A DNA stretch of 64,000 nt from an uncultured Acidimicrobiia bacterium. Lineage in GTDB: Bacteria; Actinomycetota; Acidimicrobiia; Spongiisociales; UBA5794. The translations under genes were made by a program, and so were the position numbers. The stretch covers positions 360,954-424,953 of the forward strand of contig CAWGCJ010000002.1 of assembly GCA_963821095.1 (NCBI GenBank), in the 5' to 3' direction. Positions within the stretch are counted from its first letter, which is position 1, and the number at the start of each line of letters is the position of its first letter. Shown in pieces: positions 39,119-47,571 of this stretch. Below the pieces are notes generated by a model. That model saw only the letters and a program-made list of their open reading frames with translations. It was not told where the DNA came from and made no database searches.

Positions 39119-39761
39119 CAAGAGCTGGCTTTCTGTGGAGAGTGGGTGTTAGGGTTGGAGGAGGGTTGAGTAATGTGATTGTGTGGAAGGTGTTTGGTGA
39201 TTGGTGGAGTTTGCGTTGTGGAGTGATAGCGTGGGTGTAGTGTAGGTGTTGCGCTGATGTTTGACTCACGCGATTTCTGGTGAGAAACGAGTCGGTACGC
39301 CGAAGGTACGAGTTGTTGAAGTGGTAGTTGCGCTGGATTGGTGAACTCGTGATGAGGAAGCGGCCTCAAAGTGGTATGGCTCTATGACTCCTCGCCAGAC
39401 ACGGATCGGAAACTCGGTGTCGATGACGATCGGTAGCTCCACGAACTTCGGCGACTTGTCGGGTGCTGCGCCGCGGAGCAACGCCTACAACCAACAGTCC
39501 GAACGCAATCGCCAACGCAATGCGTGGTCGCACTCCCTCCTTGCAGAAAGCGCACAGCTTGTGTCGAACGCGCACGTAGCGCCGAAGGTAGAGTCGAAGG
39601 ACACTGCCAGGCGTTGCGCGCGATCGACCGAGAGCTGCCACCCAAACGCTCAGGGTCGTCTCACTTAAGCAGTGTGTGTGAACAGCAGAAGAGCAGATGA
39701 AGCAATGTAGCAAGACTATATGGATAAGCGGAAGCATGTACAGGAAGAGAGGGGGGAGAGA
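39119..39761. other. Compositionally anomalous ~640-bp non-coding segment enclosed by the 52-bp direct repeats. GC is ~50% against a genome background of ~68%, and the first ~170 nt are G/T-rich and C-depleted on the + strand.
   Basis: Read directly from sequence. There is no convincing ORF. Candidate ORFs 39082..39369, 39366..39737 and 39384..39668 have atypical composition. Confidence 0.6.
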
Positions 39762-39813
39762 TCACGTCGTGGTTTCATCCCAGACCACGGTAATGACCGA
39801 ACCGCCGTCGGCA
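39762..39813. repeat. Direct repeat copy B, forming the 3' end of the lipoprotein gene.
   Basis: See copy A. Confidence 0.85.
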
Positions 39814-40259
39814 CCGTCAAGACCAAGTAGCCCGATGGTGGCGCCTCCGGGAAGCCCTGCCTGCGGTGAATCGCCGAAGTACGGGCCCTCGGAAAAAGCG
39901 ACGCCGCGCAGCACCGCACTGCCGGTGGTCCTGCCGCGCTCCCAACCGAGAGCGACGGTGACAGCGCCCTCCCACACACAGGTCTCGTCCTCGGGGCATC
40001 GAGAGTCCTCGACCACCTCGACGAAGCGCACCGTCGTCGCACCCGACCCAAGCCCGACGATGTCGCCCACATCCATGGTGAACGGCACACCTGGAGCGGC
40101 TACCCACAATGAGGCGGGGACTGCCGTAGCCACCGGTGTCGTACCCGGCTGTGCCGGAACGGTGGTGCTGGTCGATGCCGAACCGTCGTCCCCGCATGCA
40201 CTCACGACCAGCGCCACCGCAGCAACCAGGGCAAGGAGTGCGACGTGTCGGCGTTTCAT
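39762..40259 (-). CDS. Small lipoprotein of unknown function.
   Basis: The start MKRRHVALLALVAAVALVVSACGDDG has a VSAC lipobox. It ends ...GGSVITVVWDETTT. The upstream 135 codons of ORF 39762..40673 are antisense to the intergenic region. Confidence 0.6.
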   Translation of the reverse strand: MKRRHVALLALVAAVALVVSACGDDGSASTSTTVPAQPGTTPVATAVPASLWVAAPGVPFTMDVGDIVGLGSGATTVRFVEVVEDSRCPEDETCVWEGAVTVALGWERGRTTGSAVLRGVAFSEGPYFGDSPQAGLPGGATIGLLGLDGADGGSVITVVWDETTT

Positions 40260-40392
40260 GTCAGTGGGACGTCGAGCCGCCAGCCCGCGGTTCCCGAGCC
40301 GGCCGGGTGCCAGGCAAACCTCACGTCTCAGGCGGTGTCCATTGTCGGAACACCGATTCACACAGATCGGCAGCCGACGTAGGGTGGTTGCC

Positions 40393-42081
40393 ATGAACCG
40401 TTTCCGTGTCCTTCTCGGGTTTGTGTTGGGGGTGTCGCTCTCGTTGGCGGCTATTCCTGGGGCGGACGGCGCCGCGGTGCCGGGGGAACGGATCTTGTAT
40501 GTGGATATCCCGGCCTCGTTCGATGTGCACGTGATGGACCAGGACGGGTCCAACGACTCGGTGCTGATCGAGCGGGGCGGCTCGCCGGCCGTGTCGCCTG
40601 ACGGGCAGTGGGTGGCATACTCGAACGGAAAGCTGATGGTCGCCCCTGTTAACGGTGGTGGCGACCCGGTCATCGTGTTCGAGTCCGGCGAGGACCAGAC
40701 CTACTCGTCGTTTTCGTGGTCCCCGGACTCGCGACGTCTGATTTTCTACGTACGGACGACCAAGAATGAGGATGTTGAGCATGAGCCCTCGTACTTCGAC
40801 GTGTGGATGGTGAACAGGGACGGGTCAGGGCTGGTGAATCTCACGAACACACCGGTCGCGGTCGAGTTCTTTCCCTTGTGGTTCCCGGACGGGCAACGGA
40901 TCCTGTTCACATCCATGCCGGCTCCGTGGGCGGCGCCGGATGAGCGAGGCCTGGCAGTGATGGACGTCGGTGCGGCCAACGGGTATGAAGTAATCGCTCA
41001 GGAGCCGGGCTTGCACTTCTCAACCACGTACGCAGGTTTCGTCAACGACAGTCGGCAGGTGATCATGCCGGCGAGACCGGTGCTGAACCCGGATCCGGAG
41101 AACCCGCAGTATGGGCCGAGGGATCTGTGGCGTGTCGATATCGCCTCGGGCCATTCGAGTCTCTTGCTGGGTGGCAACACCGACAACAACATGGCAGTGA
41201 TGGACGTGTCCACCGACGGGTCGATGATGCTGTATGCGTCCTACTCAACGACCGCGTCGACGCTGTGGTTGGCGGACGACAACGGCGGCAACCGGACCAA
41301 GCTGTACAAAGAGGCCGGGTTCGCGGTGGGCACCGCTCTGTTCAACAGCGACGACACACTCGTTTTGTTGAACACGATCAACGGTGACACGGACTACATC
41401 GTGGTTAAGGATCTCGCCACCAGAGTTGCGAAAACGGTACTTTCCGGCGAGTCGCTGGATAGCCCGCAGTGGGTTGCCCCTGGGGTGTTGTGTGATGGTG
41501 TGGTGGCGACGATCACCGGTACCGACGGTGACGACACCCTGATAGGCACATCGGGTGACGATGTCATCGTTGGGTACGGCGGGGATGATGTGATCGAGGG
41601 CCGCGGCGGCGACGATGTGATCTGCGCCGGGTACGGCAACGACACCGTGCGCGGCGAAGCCGGCAACGACACCCTCCTCGGTGGTCCCGGCCAGGACGAA
41701 CTCCGTGGCGGCGCCGGCAAAGACACGGTGCGGGGTGAGTCGGGCAACGACACCCTCTACGGCGGGAAAGGCAAAGACGTGATCCGGGGCGGCGACGGCG
41801 CCGACTGGATCCACGGTCAATGGCGCCCCGACCGTCTCTACGGGAACCTCGGCCAGGACGTCATCTACGGCGGCGACGACAATGACCTGCTCGACGGCGG
41901 CAAGGCCAACGACAAACTGTACGGCAGTGCCGGTGACGACACCGTTGCGGGCAACAAGGGCGACGACCACCTCTCCGGAGGACCCGGCGATGACACCCTC
42001 GATGGGGGACCCGACATTGACGTCGTCAACGGCAATGCCGGCACCGACACCTGCACAGGCGAAACCACCCTCAACTGCTGA
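40393..42081 (+). CDS. Secreted TolB-like beta-propeller (PD40 repeats) protein fused to C-terminal hemolysin-type (RTX) Ca-binding repeats.
   Basis: Signal peptide MNRFRVLLGFVLGVSLSLAAIPGADG. PD40-like motifs SPDGQWVAY, WSPDSRRLIF and WFPDGQRILF are present. At least 15 tandem GGxGxDxL nonapeptides follow ([33 protein letters not shown]...). Confidence 0.75.
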   Translation: MNRFRVLLGFVLGVSLSLAAIPGADGAAVPGERILYVDIPASFDVHVMDQDGSNDSVLIERGGSPAVSPDGQWVAYSNGKLMVAPVNGGGDPVIVFESGEDQTYSSFSWSPDSRRLIFYVRTTKNEDVEHEPSYFDVWMVNRDGSGLVNLTNTPVAVEFFPLWFPDGQRILFTSMPAPWAAPDERGLAVMDVGAANGYEVIAQEPGLHFSTTYAGFVNDSRQVIMPARPVLNPDPENPQYGPRDLWRVDIASGHSSLLLGGNTDNNMAVMDVSTDGSMMLYASYSTTASTLWLADDNGGNRTKLYKEAGFAVGTALFNSDDTLVLLNTINGDTDYIVVKDLATRVAKTVLSGESLDSPQWVAPGVLCDGVVATITGTDGDDTLIGTSGDDVIVGYGGDDVIEGRGGDDVICAGYGNDTVRGEAGNDTLLGGPGQDELRGGAGKDTVRGESGNDTLYGGKGKDVIRGGDGADWIHGQWRPDRLYGNLGQDVIYGGDDNDLLDGGKANDKLYGSAGDDTVAGNKGDDHLSGGPGDDTLDGGPDIDVVNGNAGTDTCTGETTLNC

Positions 42082-42283
42082 ACGAACCCCTCGGCCGGCC
42101 TTGCACTACGGGGTTCGCGGCCCTCTCCGACCGACGGCTCCGCCGTCGAGGGCACTTGAAGGGCAGGCTTCGCTCATTCTGTGCCCTCTCCCAGCTTGCT
42201 GGTCGAGGTGGGCCGGCGCCGCTCTGGGCGCCGGTTAGGAGGGGGAAGCTCCCGCGAGAAGGGTTCGGCTCGGCGGTGAGCCG

Positions 42284-43117
42284 TTACGACCGGGTGCAGT
42301 TGGGGCACCAGAAGGTGGAGCGGCCGCGGAGAACGGCGCGTTGGATTGGGGTGCCGCAGCGGCGGCAGGGCTCGTCCTCACGGCCGTAGGCCTGCAAGCG
42401 ATTGAGGAACTCGCCGGCTCGTCCGTCCGGTAGCAGGTAGGCAAGGTCGTCGAGCGAGGTGCCGCCCCACTTCAGGCCGGCGGCGAGCGTCGCCTTGATC
42501 GCGGCCCGCAACCGCTTCACCTCGTCGAAGCTGAGACCGCCCGCCGGGCGGAATGGGTTGAGCCGGGCGCGATGCAGCGTCTCGTCGGCGTAGATGTTGC
42601 CCAACCCGGCAACGATTCCCTGATCGAGCAGCAGTGGCTTGATCGGTGCGGTGCGGCCTGTCAGCCGCTCGGCCAATCGTCGCGACGTCGGGAGGTCCTC
42701 GTAGGCATCAGGGCCGAGGCGCGTCAGCGTCGACGCGGCGTACTCCTCAGGGGTGTAGGCGGCGACAAATCCGAACATGCGGGGATCGACGAGACGAAAC
42801 TCGCGCCCAGAGTCGAGGGAAACCACGACGTTGGTGTGCGGAGCTTCGACCTCTCCGCTGGTCGCCATCTGTACCCGGCCCGACATACCCAGGTGGGTCA
42901 CCCATACGATGTCGCCTTCGACGTCGGCCAGCATGAACTTGCCGTGTCGCCGCATGCCGATGATCCGACGATCGGTCAGTCGGTCGGCGAAGTCCACGGG
43001 CCGTTCGTGACGGCGCACCATCCGGGGCCGGCGCACCTCAACCGAGACGATGCAACGTCCGGTCAGCTCTGGTGCGACGTAGCGCCGGGTCGTCTCGACC
43101 TCCGGCAGCTCAGGCAT
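42284..43117 (-). CDS. mutM: Formamidopyrimidine-DNA glycosylase.
   Basis: The N-terminus MPELPEVE has the catalytic Pro2. H2TH is present, and the C-terminal zinc finger reads CRRCGTPIQRAVLRGRSTFWCPNC. Confidence 0.9.
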   Translation of the reverse strand: MPELPEVETTRRYVAPELTGRCIVSVEVRRPRMVRRHERPVDFADRLTDRRIIGMRRHGKFMLADVEGDIVWVTHLGMSGRVQMATSGEVEAPHTNVVVSLDSGREFRLVDPRMFGFVAAYTPEEYAASTLTRLGPDAYEDLPTSRRLAERLTGRTAPIKPLLLDQGIVAGLGNIYADETLHRARLNPFRPAGGLSFDEVKRLRAAIKATLAAGLKWGGTSLDDLAYLLPDGRAGEFLNRLQAYGREDEPCRRCGTPIQRAVLRGRSTFWCPNCTRS

Positions 43118-43823
43118 CGCCACCGTCGGGAAGATCCGCCGCCTCGAGGCGGTGGAACGCGTCGTGGGCCGCATCTTGCTCGGCCCGCTTCTTCGATGTG
43201 CCTGCGCCCTCTCCGAGTTTCTCGTCACCCGACCAGACGCTGGCCGCAAACTCCTTGGCGTGCTCGGGTCCGGTTTCCTCGATCACGTAGCGCGGCAACG
43301 AGCCGCGGCGGGCCAACTCCTCCTGAAGCCTGGTCTTGTAGTCGCGTCGGCCGGGACTGGTTGCCCGTTCGTCGACGAGCTCCGCCCAATGCGCCAGCAC
43401 GAGACGTCGCACCTCCTCAAATCCCGATTCGAGGTAGATGACACCGAGCACCGCCTCGACCACGTCCGACAGAATGGAATCCTTGTCTCGGCCCCCGGTC
43501 AGCTCTTCGCCATGACCGAGCAACAGGGCATCGCCCAAACCGAAACGTCTGGCGAGCACGGCCAAGGTTGCCTCGTTCACGACCGCGGCCCTGACCTTGG
43601 CCAATTCGCCTTCAGCCAAGTCGGGGTACTCCGAGTACAGGTACCCGGTAACCGCGAGTTGCAGCACCGCATCGCCGAGAAACTCGAGACGTTCGTACGA
43701 CTCCACGTTGGGATGCTCGGCGATATAGGAACGATGGAGCAGTGCCTGGCGGAACAGCGCAGGGTCCTTGAACTGGTAGCCGATGGCCTCTTCGACATCC
43801 GGCGAGGATTGAGGCTCACCCAT
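43110..43823 (-). CDS. rnc: Ribonuclease III.
   Basis: The RNase III signature ERLEFLGDAVL is present, with a C-terminal dsRBD. Confidence 0.9.
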   Translation of the reverse strand: MGEPQSSPDVEEAIGYQFKDPALFRQALLHRSYIAEHPNVESYERLEFLGDAVLQLAVTGYLYSEYPDLAEGELAKVRAAVVNEATLAVLARRFGLGDALLLGHGEELTGGRDKDSILSDVVEAVLGVIYLESGFEEVRRLVLAHWAELVDERATSPGRRDYKTRLQEELARRGSLPRYVIEETGPEHAKEFAASVWSGDEKLGEGAGTSKKRAEQDAAHDAFHRLEAADLPDGGDA

Positions 43824-44811
43824 CGTCAGTTTGTGATTCGGCGACGGTCTCGAGGCCGGCGGCGATCTTGTCCACCAAGCCGTCGTCGACGCCCTCGGCC
43901 GCCAGGCCGATGGCGTTGCGGATGGCGACCCGTGACGATGAACCGTGCGAGACCACGACGACACCCTTAGTACCGAGCAGATGGGCGCCGCCGACTCCTT
44001 CGGGATCGAGCGTCTTGCGGAACTCCCCGAATGCCGGCAGCAACTGCTCAACCGGATCGCGCAACTCGGGTTTGTACAAGGCTCGATTGAGCAGCGTCAG
44101 CACCATCTGGGCGGCGCCTTCAGCCGTCTTGAGCAGCACATTGCCGGTGAAGCCGTCGGTCACGAAGACGTCGGCGGTGTCCGTGGCGAGGTCGTTTCCC
44201 TCGACGTTGCCGACGAAGGTGATGCCGGGGAGTTCGCTGAGCAACTGATGTGCCTCTTTGTCGAGGTCGCGACCCTTGCCGGCTTCGGCTCCGATGTTGA
44301 CCAAGCCGACCCGCGGCGGGTCGACGTAGAAGTGCACCTGGGCGAGGGCGGCGCCCATCACCGCGAACTGGACCAAATGCTCGGGTCGACAGTTCACGTT
44401 GGCGCCGGCGTCGAGCACGATCTTGCCCGTTGGGAACAGCGAGGCGATCGCAGGTCGACTGACGCCGGGCAACCGTCCAATGACAAAGGCCGCTGCGGCC
44501 AGGGCCGCCCCGGTCGAGCCGGCCGACACGAGTCCTCCGGCCTCACCTTCGGCCACCAATCTGGCGGCGACGGTGATCGAGGCGTCCTTCTTCTCACGAA
44601 TGGCGACGGCGGGGTCGTCTCCCATTTCGATCACTTGGGAAGCGTGAGCGATGGGGATCACCGCGCCGGCCTCAGCAAGCAGCGGGGTCAATCGGGCGCT
44701 GTCACCGACCAGAATCAGTTCCACGCCGTTGGTCGCCGCGTCGACCGCGCCATGCACGATCTGTTCCGGCGCATGATCGCCACCCATTGCGTCGATGGCG
44801 ATTCGTGACAT
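43816..44811 (-). CDS. plsX: Phosphate acyltransferase PlsX.
   Basis: MSRIAIDAMGGDHAPE... with PlsX-like sequence throughout. Confidence 0.9.
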   Translation of the reverse strand: MSRIAIDAMGGDHAPEQIVHGAVDAATNGVELILVGDSARLTPLLAEAGAVIPIAHASQVIEMGDDPAVAIREKKDASITVAARLVAEGEAGGLVSAGSTGAALAAAAFVIGRLPGVSRPAIASLFPTGKIVLDAGANVNCRPEHLVQFAVMGAALAQVHFYVDPPRVGLVNIGAEAGKGRDLDKEAHQLLSELPGITFVGNVEGNDLATDTADVFVTDGFTGNVLLKTAEGAAQMVLTLLNRALYKPELRDPVEQLLPAFGEFRKTLDPEGVGGAHLLGTKGVVVVSHGSSSRVAIRNAIGLAAEGVDDGLVDKIAAGLETVAESQTDDG

Positions 44812-44820
44812 GGTGCCGAT

Positions 44821-45000
44821 CGCTACGAGGTCGGGATGACTTCGCGGCCCTTATAGGTGCCGCACTCGGGGCAAGCACGATGGGGAATGTGCTTGGAACC
44901 GCACTGCTGGCACGCGACCAGAGTCGGTGCGCTCACCTTCCATCCGGCCTTGCGCCGCCTGGTGCGGGAGCGCGACATCTTCTTTTTGGGTACCGCCATG
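44821..45000 (-). CDS. rpmF: 50S ribosomal protein L32 (59 aa, below the ORF-track cutoff).
   Basis: My own translation of the reverse strand gives MAVPKKKMSRSRTRRRKAGWKVSAPTLVACQQCGSKHIPHRACPECGTYKGREVIPTS*. Confidence 0.85.
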
Positions 45001-45018
45001 GCGAACCTCGTCTCGGGG

Positions 45019-45528
45019 TCATTTTCCCTGGTCGAGCAGGTCCTTCAAGACCGCAAAGGGCGAAGAAGTATCGCCTTGCTCCTCAGGGGTGCCTGCATTC
45101 AAGTCGGTTTGGGGACTATCAACAAGTCCCTCGCATCCGTCGGGGCAGGTAGGCACCAGCGGCATGGCCAGCAGCACCTCGTCGCGCAGCATCGTTTCGA
45201 GGTTGAGTTCATCCCCGGAGTATGCGTAATCGTCTTCGTCCGCACGCGAAGCCTCGACAAACAACTGGTCAACGGAGACGTCGAGTTCCTCATCCCATTC
45301 ATCGATGCAGCGATGGCAAACATGGTGGACCGTGACAGTGGCGTCCCCGTGGACCCGGATCCCTCCGCTCAAGGCCGAAAGCTCCAGATCCGCCTCCAGC
45401 GGCGGATCCGCCAAGACCCGAGACATCTCCACCCCCCACTCAACCTCAGCACTGAGTGCCAACGGCCGCGGCAAGGCCCGCTCCCGCCGCAGATCCGCAA
45501 CGTTGACAAGGAATGGTGACCGGCCCAT
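45019..45528 (-). CDS. DUF177 (YceD-family) protein.
   Basis: The C-terminus reads CHRCIDEWDEELDVSVDQLF...CPDGCEGL. It holds the canonical position upstream of rpmF. Confidence 0.75.
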   Translation of the reverse strand: MGRSPFLVNVADLRRERALPRPLALSAEVEWGVEMSRVLADPPLEADLELSALSGGIRVHGDATVTVHHVCHRCIDEWDEELDVSVDQLFVEASRADEDDYAYSGDELNLETMLRDEVLLAMPLVPTCPDGCEGLVDSPQTDLNAGTPEEQGDTSSPFAVLKDLLDQGK

Positions 45529-45719
45529 GCGGATGATTGTATGCGCCCATGGGCGCCTGAGCACGGACCCAGTGGCAGTCGCGTCCTAGTGGGGGTGCCC
45601 GAGGAGACGGCCCGGGCGCCGACCCACCAGCGCAGTTCCCGAAGGGAACTGCAACGTGCCGCGGAGCGGCACGCAGGGCCGCACGAAACAGCTCGATCGC
45701 GACCTGTTGCGCCCGAAAC

Positions 45720-46298
45720 CTAGATCGGCGCGTCCGGCCCCGGCGGCAGGCTCTGGTGGAGTTCGGCGCGGGACTCGCGAACGTAGCGCAGGAGTTCGCC
45801 GAGGATCGCTTCGGCTTCGGCGAGTCGGCGTTCGGCGTGATCCTCTGCCTCGAGACGAATCCGGCGCGATTCATTCTCCGCGTTGCGCACCAGGGTGTTG
45901 GCCTCTTGGACGGCCTCTTCGACGATGTAGGACTCGGAGACCAATTCCTCGGAGCGAACCTTCGCCTTGGCGATGACCTCACGGGCCTTCTCGTTGGTCC
46001 GCCCGATGTAGTTCTCACGTTCGCGCACCATCCAACGCGCCGCCCGGAGTTCCTCAGGGAGGCCGGCAATCACCTGATCAAGCACAGTGTTGAGCGTGGA
46101 CTTGACCCCCTGGAGCTTCTCGAGGAACTCGTCCTTACTCACCATCACCGATGACGAGAGCGGGACGGTGCGCGCCGCCTCGACCTCGCCGATCATGTCC
46201 TCGAGGACCTCAGAGGAATCGATCTCGGCTCGCTCGAGCATGTCGAGCAGTTCGCCGGGGATCGGCGGCGGCTCTTTGCGATCGGCGTCATCGGTCAT
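45720..46298 (-). CDS. Hypothetical coiled-coil protein.
   Basis: The 192-aa ORF has charged, helical composition (EAEDHAERRLAEAEAILGELL). It sits between coaD and the DUF177 gene. Confidence 0.5.
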   Translation of the reverse strand: MTDDADRKEPPPIPGELLDMLERAEIDSSEVLEDMIGEVEAARTVPLSSSVMVSKDEFLEKLQGVKSTLNTVLDQVIAGLPEELRAARWMVRERENYIGRTNEKAREVIAKAKVRSEELVSESYIVEEAVQEANTLVRNAENESRRIRLEAEDHAERRLAEAEAILGELLRYVRESRAELHQSLPPGPDAPI

Positions 46299-46771
46299 GT
46301 CGCGTACCTCTCCTTGATGGCAACGGCGACGTTGTCGGGTACGAGATTATCGACCGCGCCACCCAATCCAGCCACTTGCTTGACGAGCGACGACGACAGG
46401 TAGCCGTACTCGGGCTTCGTAGCCACAAACAGCGTAACGATGCCGGAGAGGTGCCGATTCATCTGGGACATCTGAATCTCGTAGTCGAAGTCCGTCATCG
46501 CCCTGAGTCCCTTGACGATGACGTTGATATCGCGCTCCGCGGCGAAGTCGACGAGCAGGCCGTCGAAGGCATCGACCTCGACGTTGTCCCACTCGGCGCA
46601 GCACTCTCGCAGGATCTCCATCCGCTCCTCATCGCTGAACAAGGGAGACTTCGAGGGGTTCCGCACGATCGCGACCAAGACCCGATCGAAGATCGAGGCG
46701 CAACGTTCGATGACGTCGAGATGCCCCTTTGTGGGTGGATCAAAACTCCCGGGCACTAGTGCCGCGATCAC
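46295..46771 (-). CDS. coaD: Phosphopantetheine adenylyltransferase.
   Basis: PGSFDPPTKGHLDVI contains the H/TxGH motif. Length is 158 aa. Confidence 0.9.
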   Translation of the reverse strand: MIAALVPGSFDPPTKGHLDVIERCASIFDRVLVAIVRNPSKSPLFSDEERMEILRECCAEWDNVEVDAFDGLLVDFAAERDINVIVKGLRAMTDFDYEIQMSQMNRHLSGIVTLFVATKPEYGYLSSSLVKQVAGLGGAVDNLVPDNVAVAIKERYAT

Positions 46772-47295
46772 GCGCTCTCCTTCTCAAACCGCCACAGTTC
46801 GGTGTCCCCGTACCGACGGCGATCCGTCTGCACCAGACCTGCTGGAAGAGTCGGCGCCTCTCCACCGTACCGGCGATGGACCACCACCGTTGCGGCTTCC
46901 GAGAGACAAGGTGCCAACTGTTCGAGGACCGTTGCCAGCGACGCTAGCGGGAGGGCGTAAGGCGGGTCAACGAATGCCAGGTCAAACGTGTCGTGGCAGC
47001 GGGCGAGGAACGCGCCGACATCCTCGCCGACAACGTCACCCCCGAGCCCAACAGCGTCGATGTTCTTGCGCAGCACATCGAGCGCCGACCGACCCTTCTC
47101 GACGAAGACGACCCGGCGGGCGCCCCGGCTGAGCGCCTCCAAACCGATCGAGCCGGTCCCGGCGTAGAGGTCGATGACGTCGGCGTCGACGACCCGCCCA
47201 CCAAGCGACGAGAACAAGGCCTCCTTGGCTCGTCCCGTGAGCGGCCGGGTGTCGCCCCCCTGCGGTGAGACCAAACGGCGCCCCTTGGCCGACCC
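46768..47295 (-). CDS. rsmD: 16S rRNA (guanine966-N2)-methyltransferase RsmD.
   Basis: MRIIAGSAKGRRL...RPLTGRAKEALFSSLG...DLYAGTGSIGLEALSRGA...FVDPPY are present. This is the last 175 codons of ORF 46768..49938. Confidence 0.85.
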   Translation of the reverse strand, partial: GSAKGRRLVSPQGGDTRPLTGRAKEALFSSLGGRVVDADVIDLYAGTGSIGLEALSRGARRVVFVEKGRSALDVLRKNIDAVGLGGDVVGEDVGAFLARCHDTFDLAFVDPPYALPLASLATVLEQLAPCLSEAATVVVHRRYGGEAPTLPAGLVQTDRRRYGDTELWRFEKESA

Positions 47296-47571
47296 GGCGA
47301 TGATCCTCATCGGCTCGCCCCGTTCTGCAAGGCGGGGCAACACATCTCGCGGGAGCTGCCCCCTCCGACGCCGCCTGCGGCGGCGCCACCTCCCCCGCTT
47401 CGCGAGGGAGGGCACAGAAGGGCCACTACTCCACCCAACACGTTTGCAGCGGCCGGGCACCGAACGGCCGTAGGTCCACGACCACGATCGACCTGCGATG
47501 CCCTCCCCCGGCTTGCCGGGGGAGGTGCCGAGGAGTCTTCGACGAGGCGGAGGGGGCGGCCCCCGCAAAAG

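Noticed and set aside
39384-39668. Small ORFs inside the DR-flanked insert (39082..39369 -, 39366..39737 -, 39384..39668 +)
   Set aside because: They mutually overlap and have atypical composition and no domain. I noted a weak possibility of a small secreted peptide (VRPRIALAIAFGLLVVGVAP...) but there is not enough support to call it.
47296-47571. A genuine RecG-RsmD fusion protein
   Set aside because: The linker translation (PPPPPRRR..., [10 protein letters not shown]) is not protein-like. It is more likely a lost stop or frame error, or an untranslated spacer. It is kept as a finding rather than annotated as a fusion.
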